This document shows positions 33,333 to 44,932 of a stretch of DNA of 64,000 bases, piece after piece. Every line of letters starts with the position of its first letter. Positions within the stretch are counted from its first letter, which is position 1. Under the pieces are notes generated by a model. The model searched no databases, had not been told where the DNA came from, and was given only the letters and a program-made list of their open reading frames with translations. The translations under genes and the position numbers were made by a program. Location of the stretch: NCBI RefSeq assembly GCF_964188315.1, contig NC_135656.1, positions 107,136,001-107,200,000 on the forward strand. Reading direction: 5' to 3'. The DNA comes from Podarcis muralis. Lineage: Eukaryota.

Positions 33333-33562
33333 CATAGGTAGGCAAACTAAGGCCCATGGGCCAGATCCGGCCCAATCGCCTTCTAAATCCGGCCTGCAGA
33401 CAGTCCAGGAATCAGCATGTTTTTACATGAGTAGAATGTGTCCTTTTATTTAAAATGCATCTCTGGGGCACAGGAATTCGTTCACCCCCCCCAAAAAAAA
33501 TAGTCCGGCCCCCCACAAGATCTGAGGGACAGTCTCCTACTGAAGAAGTTTGCTGACCCCTG
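33333..33562. mobile_element. hAT-type MITE
   Basis: Imperfect TIRs CATAGGTAGGCAAACT / AGTTTGCTGACCCCTG; 8-bp TSD CTATAGTG. Confidence 0.88.
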
Positions 33563-34249
33563 CTATAGTGCATAATACATAGTTGAGGATAGCTATGTTT
33601 GTGCATTACTGGGGAGAGGGTGATGCAGAGGTAAGAGTAAGATGAGACCATGGCTGAATCTAGACATATATAAAAAACGCTGCAAAAATGCTCTTAAAAA
33701 AAATAAATTAACATATATATTGAATTTCCCATTAGCTCACTATCTAATGTCACATTTGTATAATGCAATTAAAACACATATAAAATGTTATATTTGCAGC
33801 TGTGTAGCTGAGTCCCATTTGACCAACTAAACCAGGGTTGGGGAACCTCATGCCCAGCAGTGAAAGGCAGCCTTCCAGGTCTCTTCAGAGTTTTCCCCAC
33901 TGTCTCTGCTTTGCCCCCCAAGTGTTTCTCCCTGGCTGGAATCTGCCCTTGAATTCCGCTACTGTCTCTTGCTTGAGGGTAGGGTGTGTAGAAACTAGCC
34001 TAACATATGAAAAGGAAAGCTTACATTTGCTGTTCCACCCACTTTTGCCCTTGGCCCCTCCCACTGATGAGTGGTCCTCAGAAGGTTGCCAGAAGGAATA
34101 TGTCTTTGGGTGAAAAGTCTTCCCCACCCCAGAACTGAGCAGTCACAAGGAATGGGGCGAAATTTTCGCTTCTCATGGCACTGGATGATATGCTTTCCCC
34201 ACCTTTTATTGTATTGGTTTCCTTAACATCCAGCCTCATTTAGAGGTCT

Positions 34250-34608
34250 GATGAGGAGGTTAAGGGGTGATATGATAGCCATGTTCAAATATATAAAAGG
34301 ATGTCATATAGAGGAGGGAGAAAGGTTGTTTTCTGCTGCTCCAGAGAAGCGGACACGGAGCAATGGATCCAAACTACAAGAAAGAAGATTCCACCTAAAC
34401 ATTAGGAAGAACTTCCTGACAGTAAGAGCTGTTTGACAGTGGAATTTGCTGCCAAGGAGTGTGGTGGAGTCTCCTTCTTTGGAGGTCTTTAAGCAGAGGC
34501 TTGACAACCATATGTCAGGAGTGCTCTGATGGTGTTTCCTGCTTGGCAGGGGGTTAGACTCGATGGCCCTTGTGGTCTATTCCAACTCTATGATTCTATG
34601 ATTCTATG
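34250..34608 (+). mobile_element. CR1 LINE 3' end
   Basis: [32 protein letters not shown]; (ATTCTATG)n tail. Confidence 0.92.
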
Positions 34609-34802
34609 ACCCACAAAGCCAACTCGTTTTTTCATGATCATTAGTTGCCATTTTATTGTTCCCCTGTTTCTTTTAGGCATTGAAGCTCAGCCCCTCTCCT
34701 TGTTCTTGCAGGTGCTTCCAGATTGAGGCTTAATATCACAAATGGGTCAAGATATCACAAATTCATTGTTAGAAAGTTACTGGATTTGAAGCTCTTCTAG
34801 AC

Positions 34803-35317
34803 CCTGTCTATCTTCTCTTTCGAGATCCTTCCAATTTCTCCCACTGTTTTGGATATATTGTAGTACTCCAATAATTTGGCAAGCCACTCTATCTTTGTTG
34901 GTATAGTACCACAGGGACAGGGACTGGGAGGTGTTTAAAGGATACTTGCAAAACCATATTGAAAAATCAGAACTCCTATTAGAATAAAAAAGTTCCGTCT
35001 TAAATACTGAAATACTAAATAAGATGGATAACAATGTGTAATAGAAAAAGAAGCATGAAATTAGGTTAAAGGTGTGTTAAAGAAAGTAATAGAAGTGGAA
35101 AGAAATTGCAATTGAGTAGATTGGAAGTCTAACACAAAGGTGGGGTGAGGAGTGGTGGATGGTGATGGGCAAAGGAATTATCTGTGGGATTGAGTGTAGG
35201 TATGTTTGAATATTTTTAAGGATTGTATGAAATGTATGTTTGCATGCTTGTATATTCACAATATGTGTGTATTAATGCTGAATTATTTTAACAATAAAAC
35301 CTTTTTTTAAGAAAGAA
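34803..35317 (+). mobile_element. L1 insertion with 5' inversion
   Basis: 15-bp TSD GAAGCTCTTCTAGAC; inverted ORF2 segment 34803-34910; sense segment DRDWEVFKGYL..stop, 3' UTR, AATAAA and A-rich tail. Confidence 0.85.
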
Positions 35318-36133
35318 GAAGCTCTTCTAGACTAGGAAAATCTAAGAGTTTGGATTCCTTTTAGTTTAGAAAAAACAACAGATTATTGTTGTTGTGAAAG
35401 ATTATTATTGACCTAACTACGCATTAGCTGCAAACTCAAGTAACAGAAACACTAAAGCTGTTTTTAATAAAGATATTCAATCTGCTCCCCACCTGCATTT
35501 TCAAGCTACCTTCCTATGACACGTTTTTTCTATTCATTCCCGAGCACATGTCTCAAAAGTGGGATGGTAAGAAACTTCAGGGAGGAAAGCAAATACACAC
35601 CAGGATATCATGAAAAGTGCTACATCCCATGAATGGAAAAATATTTCATTTCTGCTAATCTCTTTTATTCTATCATTCACAGCCCCTTTCTTTCTCAAGA
35701 CGTTCCTCACACTACCTCACCTCTGTCTCAGTGAGAAGCAGATCCCTTGTGTCCAGCTTAGTTTTGCATGTGGGCTACGGGTATCATTTAAATTCTTTAA
35801 AATGTGAGTAGCCTGCACTGCATTCTGAGATCTCCGAGATAGTCTGGGTGGGGGACGATTGAAGCATGGAAACCCAAGCCATTTGCAATAAAGAAAATTA
35901 AGAAGAACTTAAGAAGAAGAGCCCTGCCGGGTCAAACCAATGGCCCATTCAGTCCAGCGTCCTGTTTGCACAGTGGTTCACCAGATTTCCTATGGGAAAC
36001 CCACAAGAGTGTGGAGGTAACACTCCGCTTCTGCTGAGGCACACCTTGCACCCGGCATGCAACAGTGTGCCAAGGAGTCTTGTGCCCACGCTCCTTGAAC
36101 TCCTGCCCCCTGGCTAGAAGACAGAATATTCCC

Positions 36134-36390
36134 GGACACGGAGCAATGGATCCAAACTACAAGAAAGAAGATTCCACCTAAACATTAGGAAGAACTTCCT
36201 GACAGTAAGAGCTGTCCGACAGTGGAATTTGCTGCCAAGGAGTGTGGTGGAGTCTCCTTCTTTGGAGGTCTTTAAGCAGAGGCTTGACAACCATATGTCA
36301 GGAGTGCTCTGATGGTGTTTCCTGCTTGGCAGGGGGTTGGACTCGATGGCCCTTGTGGTCTCTTCCAACTCTATGATTCTATGATTCTAT
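36134..36390 (+). mobile_element. CR1 LINE 3' end
   Basis: Nearly identical to 34355-34608; TSD AATATTCCC. Confidence 0.92.
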
Positions 36391-36802
36391 AATATTCCCC
36401 CTGACCTTTTATCCTTTCATAAGATCTGTTTACTAGACAGAACGCTTGGTTGAAGCATGACAAGGAACACAGACACAATCCACTTTTGCAACATCTGCAG
36501 GAAGCACCTGCTGACGTGTATTAGCTAACGTTTAAAATGTGCTTAGATGGAATGTGTTAAAAGTTCAGAGTGGTTTCACTACCTCTTTTCCAACTGTATT
36601 TTATCCAATAAAAAGAGGCTCCACGAATTTGCCTTTCAGCTTGCTCCTGCACAGCTCACTTGCATCCAACCTCCTGTCGTCCTCATTATTCCATAGTTTT
36701 GTCTCTTGGTCTGCTAGGAGAGCCTTTGTTCAGGGAGCTGGTGGCTCAACCCTGGGCGAATGAAGTTCTCACTGGACTAACTCTGGATAGAACTCTCAGG
36801 TC

Positions 36803-36950
36803 AGCCTGGGTGGCTCAGTTGGTTAGAGTGTGGTGCTGATAATACCAAGGTTGCAGGTTTGATCCCTGTATGGAGCAGCTGCATATTCCTGCCTTGCAGG
36901 AGATCCTCAGAGTCCCTTCCTGCTCTACAGTTCAAAGGTTCCATGATTCT
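36803..36950 (+). mobile_element. tRNA-Ile-like SINE with CR1-like tail
   Basis: GGCTCAGTTGGTTAGAGTGTGGTGCTGATAATACCAAGGTTGCAGGTTTGATCCC head followed by a non-tRNA body. Confidence 0.75.
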
Positions 36951-37890
36951 GCAGTCCATAGATAGGTCTGTGCAGTCATGAGGCTACAGTGAGGAGGATT
37001 CCAGAGGTATCTTAGGTGTGCCTATGGAGCAAGAAGATAGAAACCTGCCTTCCACCACGTTAGAGCGTTAGGCCATCTGTCTCAGTATTGTACCATGTTC
37101 TTCCACCTTGCATCCTCAGATGTTGTTGGACCTCAACTCCCATCATCTCCAGCCACCTTAGCTGATGGTTGCACTTACAACCCAACAACATCTGGGGACC
37201 CAAGCTTGAAGGACATTGGTCTATACTGATGGCAGCAGCTGCCCAAGGTTGCAAGCCTCTCCAAGCCCTTCCTGGAGATGCCAGCGATTGCGCCTGTATG
37301 CAGAGCAGATGTTCTGCAACTGAGCTACAGCCTTCCCTGTGTGACTAGAAGCAGAGGGGCAGAGAGAAAAGACAAAGGCTGTGGGAGACACCCAAGTGAG
37401 GGGGAGCCAAGCAAAGGAGGAGACTGTGTAGACGGATCGAGGCAAAGAGATGGAGAGAGAGAGAACTAAAGCAGAATGGAACAGTGGGAAAGGGAAGGCT
37501 TTGAGGACGATGGTAGGGAGAGAAATCCGTCAGGCTGATGATGGGGAGAGGGAGGGAGGAGTGGACCTAGTTTAGATTTGCAAAGAAAATCACAGCATTC
37601 AACACATAGCCTTCCGTCCTCAACCTGGTGCCCTCCAGATGTTTCAAGCACAACAATCCCATCCTCCCTGATGATTGGCCATGTCAGCTGGGCTGATGGG
37701 AACATCTGGAAGACCCCATGCCAGGGAAGGCTGATTGACACCTCTGTGCTATGTACAGAAAGAGCTGAAGCAGATAAAAAATGGAACTGAATGCAGAGAG
37801 TCGAAATGCCATGCATTTTGAGTCAGCTTCGTAAGGATCGATGATAGTGGGACAGAGGGAGGGAAGGAGAGTTCCCTCGCCAGCTCTTAC

Positions 37891-38350
37891 CCTGGTTGGC
37901 CTTCCTAATTCAGCCCAGCGCCTTGGCTCCTCTGGCTCAGCATTGTCTTCAAGAGTACCTACATGTACCTGTGCACCTGCATGGGTGCACTAGCATGATT
38001 TCTCTAACTCAAAAGGGGCCTGTGGGGTCAGAAGAGATGATTTTATTATGACATTGCGGAGAAGGGCAGTAATGTCTCTTCCCACTTTCCAGCAGCTCTC
38101 CTGTTATGGGGCCCCAGAAAGACCAGAGCTCAGACGGAATCATTAGGGAGAGAAAATATACACATTATAATGAGAAAGGAAGTCCCAAAGACTTCCCCCC
38201 CTCCTCCTCCTTTGCACAGCATCCTCAGGAGGGGTTGACTTGCACCAGAGAAGGGATGGAAGGAAAAGAGCTGCTTAACCCTTTAAGGGCAAAGGGCAGT
38301 GGAGGAGTGCCCTTCCAGTATTTAAATCCTCAAGCAATAAGTAAACTTTA
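37891..38350 (-). promoter_or_regulatory. Putative promoter and noncoding exon 1 of OR-2
   Basis: Paralogous module; donor CCAGG|GTAAGA at 37891/37890. Confidence 0.6.
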
Positions 38351-39352
38351 AAAGTTGCTAGAAGACATTGATTTTCCCGAGTACTCCAAATTAGTTTTTG
38401 GAGACACCTACATCCACCCCAAAACATTTGTGCTTTAAAAAGTTACGGGACTGTAGCAGGAAGTTATGGGATCTGTACTGAATGGGGATGAAGCAGTGTG
38501 AGTTCTCCCAGGTACAAGCCGTATTGAAAGTGGGATTGCACCACGGGCATAGACAGGCTTTATGGGTTTTTTGAAGGGGGAGGGGGGAACTGAGTTATCT
38601 GCGACCTGATTGGTCAGTTAGATAAGTATTTTTATTTATTGACTTCATTTCGGGGCACAGCTGCCCCCAGCCCCCCCCCCTGCAATGCCCATGGATTGCA
38701 CATAACGCCTGCTCATAGCATCCTGAGCACAAACAGTTATGGATGTGTAATAAAAAGAGGCATCTGGAAGGGCCCACAGCTCCAACCCTTTGTTCCAGGA
38801 TATATCGGACTTGCTTTATGGCAACTGCATTGGGACATATTCAGAAGACCATTGTATCACAAGAAGTTACATGCAATGTTCTGAAGATTTCCCCCTTGAA
38901 TGCCTTCAGAAGTGCCCAGGCATAGGCTGGGCCTAGCATTTGCAGCCTTGTAGAGCACAGCTCTCTAAGAATAATTTGCATTAATTGTTACCTTTAAGAG
39001 ATACGTTAATCTTTAATAGATAGGTTTTAATTCTATTAATGTTTATTAATCTCTGTCTCCTCTTCCTTCATTCTTTATTTTCCTCATCCTGTTAATAAAA
39101 CCCATGAAAGAGCAATTTTGATGGTCTTTGTTGTCCAACTGAATCCTAAAGGTCCACTGTCTTAGGCAGAACACCAGCCTTTTTTCAGTTAATGCATCTG
39201 ACTGGAGCAAGTCAGCAGTAAATCACACTGAGCAAGTTGGAGTTAACTCTTTACTAGCAAAAATAACCATTATAATACATTCTAGAATTCAATGAGGACT
39301 TTTTATTAAAATATACTGCAGAGCCTCTGAGTGAAGCTGGGAGACATTGGAC

Positions 39353-40297
39353 TTAAGTTCTCTTCATCAATCTTCTTAGAGCTTTGTGCACCTCTTTGTT
39401 CCTCAGGGTATAAATGAGTGGATTGAGCATAGTGGTAACAAATGTATAGAAAAGGGAGGCCATCTTGGCTTTGTCATGGGCATTGTTGGACGGGGGCTGG
39501 AGGTAAGTGAAAAGGGCTGTTCCAAAAAAGAGAGACACCACAGTCAAGTGGGAAGCGCAGGTGTTGAAGGCCTTCCGCCTGCCCTCAGCTGAGCGGATCC
39601 TTAACACAGCAGCCACAATGAAGCTATAAGAGACGACAATGAGGCCTAGAGGTGTTACAAGGAACAGCACACTGGAAGTAAAGAGCACAGCCTCAGTGAG
39701 TGAAGTGTCAGCGCAGGCCAGTTTGATTAAGGCTGGCACTTCACAGAAAAAATTGTCTATTCGGTTCTCTCCACACCGTGGGAGCCGAAGAGTCATCACT
39801 GTCTCCATCACTGGGTTGCAAATGCCACTAACCCAGGCAGCGGCAGCCATTTTGTAGCATACAGAGTGGCTCATAATGGTAGTGTAGCGCAGCGGGTGGC
39901 ATACGGCAGCATAGCGGTCGTAGGCCATGACAACCAAAAGGACACATTCTGTGGAGCCCAGAGCAAGGAAGATGTAGAGCTGGGCCACACAGGCACCATA
40001 ACTGATGGTCTTGCTTTTCCTCCAGAAGTTCACCAGCATCTGCGGGCCCACACTGGTGGTGAAGCAAAGATCAAGGACAGAGAGATTGGTGAGGAAGAAG
40101 TACATGGGGGTGTGGAGATGGGGGTCCAGCCGCGACACCACAATGATGGTTGTATTACCCAGCAAGGTAATTGTGTAGCACACCAGGACAAGACCAAAGA
40201 GCAACATCTCCAAGCGTGGGCGGTCAGCCACTCCCAGTAAGATGAATTCTCCTTCATAGCTCTGATTACCTTCTTCCCACAATCCTTCCCTGTACAT
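39353..40297 (-). CDS. Olfactory receptor, family-2-like (OR-3), 314 aa
   Basis: Canonical OR motifs; acceptor TTCTAG 3 nt before the ATG. Confidence 0.95.
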   Translation of the reverse strand: MYREGLWEEGNQSYEGEFILLGVADRPRLEMLLFGLVLVCYTITLLGNTTIIVVSRLDPHLHTPMYFFLTNLSVLDLCFTTSVGPQMLVNFWRKSKTISYGACVAQLYIFLALGSTECVLLVVMAYDRYAAVCHPLRYTTIMSHSVCYKMAAAAWVSGICNPVMETVMTLRLPRCGENRIDNFFCEVPALIKLACADTSLTEAVLFTSSVLFLVTPLGLIVVSYSFIVAAVLRIRSAEGRRKAFNTCASHLTVVSLFFGTALFTYLQPPSNNAHDKAKMASLFYTFVTTMLNPLIYTLRNKEVHKALRRLMKRT

Positions 40298-41785
40298 TAT
40301 CTAGAAAAGGAAGAAACAAAAATAGCAAAGCACCTACTCAAAATGGAGTTGGGATAAACAGTTAGTACAAAAGCAATAGTGGCATGGTCCAGCACCGAGG
40401 GCCTTCTGGCAGTTCCCTCGCCGCGAGAAGCCAAGTTACAGGGAACCAGGCAGAGGGCCTTCTCGGTAGTGGCACCCGCCCTGTGGAACGCCCTCCCACC
40501 AGATGTCAAAGAGAAAAACAACTACCAGATTTTTAGAAGACATTTTTAGGGAAGCTTTTAATGTTTGATGTATTACAGTATTTTAATATTTTTTTTTTGG
40601 AAGCCGCCCAGAGTGGCTGGGGAAGCCCAGCCAGATGGGCGGGGTATAAATAATAAATTATTATTATTATTATTATTATTGCAAGGCTGTGATCACCCAA
40701 TGATTCTCATTCTTGGACATGAGACTAGTCCCCGTTCTCCAAATCCAAGCTCCAGTTAAGTGTAATATCTACCCAAACTGCTTCTGAATCTTTACAGTAT
40801 GAATATGAACCAGGAACCACGTGAACAAGAAAACCGTCTCATGTTTACATGACTTAACATTCAGCCCTCCAGATGTTGCTGAAGCACAATTCTTTTCAGC
40901 CCCAGCAAGCATGGCCAAATACTGGGATGATGCGAGTTGTAGTTCACCAACATCTGGAGGGCCAAAGGTAATCTACTATTTTTTAAAACAACAAGAACAA
41001 CATTTAAACCAGATGATTGTCAGAAGAATAGGGTGCAGACTTATATGCAGTTTTATACACATTACTTGGCTGGAGAGCTGTGCTGTGTGAATTTCAAAGA
41101 ATGGCCATGTTTAGGTTAGCATATTTATTTCAGAAGGAGCAAATTACGTAAATTCTTTTCAAATTACAAGCTCAGTCTAATGTCTCCTCCATCCCCGGTC
41201 AATACACATTTAATCAACATGAAGACATGGTGTAGCTTTGCTTTCAACAGTATTGGTGCATGCCCCCTGAATATTCAAAGGGTCCCATATGCTTACCCAG
41301 GGTTCAGTTTCCTTGGATTGAGGGACAGCGGAGACGGTGGTGTCTTTAAGAGAGATGGTTTCTTTGCACATATATACCACCTGGGCCTATGATGGAGGGG
41401 TTGGCAGCATTACACTCCAAGAGGGTCTTCCTTCTCCCATAGCCACAGCCTTGGATTCCAGTAGAAATCAGGTATGACTCTCCCTCTGTCTTTCTAGCCT
41501 GTAGCTTTTTCTCCAGCTTCTAGCTCTCCTAACTCAATTCTGCACTCTGGCCTTGGTCTCCCTGGCTAGCAGGTAGTTTAGGGAGGGAGGCTCACCCAAT
41601 TGCCCAGAGCCACTCCTTTAAATCCTACGTAGCAGGCCATTACCAGGCTGGTCTAGCTAGTCCAAGAACTGAATCCATGCTGGATCCAGGAATTAGAAGG
41701 GGCCCAGGCATACAGCCTGTCCCCCCTCAAACTCATAACAGTATTTTCATAGAATCATAGAACTGTAGTGTTGGAAGGGACCCCT
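40297..41785. repeat. Segmental duplication, near-identical to about 45877-47485
   Basis: Long stretches match by eye apart from the L2 insertion (40385-40680) and the SINE at 47011. Confidence 0.9.
40385..40680 (+). mobile_element. L2-like LINE 3' end with (TTA)n tail
   Basis: Same family as 16745-17343; absent from the paralogous site near 45965. Confidence 0.88.
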
Positions 41786-41899
41786 GTGGGATGTGAAGGT
41801 ACAGTAAAGTTCAACATTCCGACAGAGGACTAACGACCTCCATGTTCTAACCGGTTGCTGTGACAATCAGTTTGGCGGTTGGTGCTAGTTTTGAGAGAT

Positions 41900-42545
41900 A
41901 ACTGCTCAGTTGCATGACTTGATTATTGCTACAGCAAATTAAAGAGGCTATGCACATCTTAGCAAAGAAGTGGACATCAAGGAACTGGGAGATGTTCAGT
42001 ACTACCTCGGGATTCAAGTTGAAAGAGAAGAAGACGGCTCGTTTCTTCTCAACCAAAGGCAAAAGATCCATGAACTAATTGAAAGCATGCAGATGCAAGC
42101 TGAAAACGCAGTTGCTACAGCCATGGCCACTGGCTTCTTAAAGAATCAGCGGAGTTCAAACCCGTTGCCAGACAACAATATCGGTCAATGATTGGTAAAC
42201 CTTTGTATTCAGTTACCACATGTAGACCTGACATAGCCAATGCCATGGGGATACTTAGTAGAAAAGTAAATGCCCCCACTGAAAATGATTGGGCAGGAGT
42301 TTAAAGGGTGGTGCAGCATCTAAAGGGTACTATATATTCTAAATGAAGGTTAGCACTGTCAGTAATCCTGGTTTGATTGGGTATACTGGGGCAGATTGGG
42401 CTGGCGACTATGCTGATTATAAATCCACAAGTGGATAGGTGTTTATGTTCAGGGATGGACCTGTTTCATGGGGTAGTTATAAACAGAACTGTGTAGCATT
42501 ATCTTCCACAGAAGCAGAGTATGTTGCAGCTACAGAAGCATGCAG
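41900..42545 (+). mobile_element. Degenerate copia RT/RNase H fragment (different family, no LTRs)
   Basis: Frameshifted V-D-D-LIIA remnant; DIKELGDVQYYLGIQV; RPDIA; ADWAGD; ALSSTEAEYVA; with stops. Confidence 0.85.
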
Positions 42546-42685
42546 AGAGGGGGAGAGTGGCAAGGGAGACAGCTCCAAGCAGGAGACAGGGATGCGGAAT
42601 CTCATATGTTTGGAGACATCTGCATAATGATCAATGCAAAAGGTGGAAGAAAAAGGGAAATGCTCCCCCCAAAAAAAACTCTTAC

Positions 42686-43100
42686 TTGGGTTGGCTTGCC
42701 TAATTCAGTCCAGCGCCTGGGCCCTTCTGTCTCAGCACTGTGTCCCATAGTATCTGTTAGTATCTGCACATCTACATGACTGTAGTAGCACGGTCTCTCT
42801 CAAAAGGGGCCTTCTGGAGTCAGGAGAACTGATTTTGTGATGTTATCCAGCAGGGAGGTGGTGGAGTGAGCTGCTATCCACCTCCATCTTCAGCAGCTCC
42901 CTGAAGAACCATCATGGAGCCCCAGAAGGAACAGAACTCAGACTCAATAATTAGGGGAAAATTTTACGAAGGCTCAAAGGACTCTCCTCCTCCTTGCTTG
43001 CATAATGTCCTCTGGAGGCTGTGACTTGCATGAGGGAAAGCATGGAAAGAAAAATACTACTTAACTCCTTAGGGAGCAAAAGTCTTTGAATTAACTAGCT
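42686..43100 (-). promoter_or_regulatory. Putative promoter and noncoding exon 1 of OR-3
   Basis: Donor CCCAA|GTAAGA at 42686/42685; TCCTTAGGGA (43066-43075); TAATTA and GAATTA sites. Confidence 0.6.
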
Positions 43101-43490
43101 ATATGGGAATAGGCAAGGTGCTGGTCAATACTTCCATAGAGTGTATAAGGTCCAAGCCCACCAAAGGGAATCTCATTGCAGACCTTCCTGTAGACCCGTT
43201 TGACTCGTTGCCGGCCCAAGAAGGGGGAGTCTCCAGCAATAGATGTGGCCATAAGATATTGTCTGTCTCCTCTTCCTTCGTTCTTTATTTTCCTCATCCT
43301 GTTAATAAAACCCATTAAAGAGCAATTTTGATGGTCTTTGTTGTCCAACTGAATCCTAAAGGTCCACTGTCTTAGGCAGAACACCAGCCTTTTTTGAGTT
43401 AATGCATCTGACTGGAGTGAGTCAGCAGTAAATCACACTGAGCAAGTTGGAGTTAACTCTTTACTACCAAAAACAAGCTCTGTGGAGGAG

Positions 43491-43977
43491 TGTCAGGCCT
43501 AACGAGAACAGCAACTCATCTCCAGTGGGTCTTGCTCCCATGAAGCAATTGCAAAGTCTCCTCATAGCTGCCTAAGTCCCCTCTTCACCCGGATTACCCC
43601 CCCAAGCAATCTGAGACTGCGCCTGGGTGAAGCTAACTTCTTCTCTGCCCTTGTCATACCTCTCCTGGTTATGTGAAACCAGCAGGAAGGGGAGCTCATC
43701 ACAGCAGGTGGGGGAGACACCCATGCCTCTTCACCAGCCAGAGACTCATCCCTACCTTGTGGTGTCCCTCTTTTCTTGCTTCAGCTCCTTATTCTGGACT
43801 TCTCTCTGCTACAGGCTCCTCTGAGTCACTAAGCCCTGCTACCTCTTCAGCTACCAACACCTCCTCCCAGTCTTCTCCCTCTTCTCCCTTTGACCACTCA
43901 GTGTTGTCCCACCACCAATCCCCAAGCTCTGAGCTGTGTCCTCCCACCATTCCTCAACTTCAAGCCAGTCTATGACA
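43491..43977 (-). mobile_element. Probable solo LTR related to 23406-23902
   Basis: TGTCA...TGACA termini, similar length and composition; no TSD. Confidence 0.5.
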
Positions 43978-44397
43978 GCGTTTTACTATGGCTGATCATG
44001 TCATGGGAACCAAGAGTGTTGTATTACTGCTGGTGGGAGCAGCTTCAGTACCGCAGAACCAATTTGGCACTGTTTCCCCTCTCCCCAACCTGCATCTTTG
44101 GCCTTACAGTGGATCTTTGGGAAGGAAGATTGATCCTCCATTTTTATTCCCATCTACCTAATGGTCAAATTAATGACAGTCAAACTGAAAGAAAAAATAA
44201 CGTTTTAGGCAAGTGAAGAGTACCACAAAAGTGATCAATGATGGTTTTTATTATTATTAAAAGATACTATAAACATGCACAGCCATTGTGTTGAGGCTTT
44301 AAATATCAGTTGACAAGATCCAAAAGTGAGGAGTGTGCTTAGGTCTTGCTTCTGGCTAGACATCTTATTGGTCATTGTGAAAAAAGGATGCTAGACT

Positions 44398-44694
44398 TAG
44401 GGTTGCCATATTTCAAGAGGTAAAAATCCGGACACAAAAATTTGTTGAGCTTTTTTAGGGCAATCGCCCGATAGCACCTCTGCTGCCGCTGAGCCCTAGA
44501 CACCTATGCCAGAGCCTGAGTCACCAGCGCCAGAGCCTGAGTTTGAACCAGTGTCACCAGTGCACATTTTTTCTCAACCCCCCCCCCCCCCAAACCAGGA
44601 CATATGCTTTAAGATGTAAAATTCCCCCCGGATGGGCATGTAGGACCCCCAAAAGAGGGCATGTCCGGGAATTCCCAGACATATGGCAATGCTA
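44398..44694. mobile_element. hAT-like MITE
   Basis: TIRs TAGGGTTGCCATAT / ATATGGCAATGCTA. Confidence 0.7.
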
Positions 44695-44932
44695 GACTAG
44701 ATAGGATTTTGGCTTCATCCAGTTGGCTCATCTTAAGCAACTTGTAGTCGGCCTTTGGGAATAACCGTTATAATAATTGCTGAAAGAAACCTAATTCATT
44801 GGATTAGTCTGTGGGTGACTAAAATGAAAGGGGAGCTTTGAAAATTTGAACAGTGCCATATAAGTGACCAATGAGGACTTTTTATTAAAATATAACCACA
44901 GAGCCTCTGAATGAAGCTGGGAGACATTGGGC

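Noticed and set aside
36803-36880. tRNA-like sequences here and at 11500-11570 and 57650-57722
   Set aside because: Degenerate SINE heads followed by SINE bodies, not foldable tRNA genes.
37120-37200. Short hairpins GATGTTG..CTCCCATCATC..GATGGGAG..CAACATC (also near 11630, 14580, 26780, 40870, 46190, 50500, 57490) as miRNA or CRISPR-like repeats
   Set aside because: A dispersed, variable MITE-like palindromic family with no regular repeat-spacer array.
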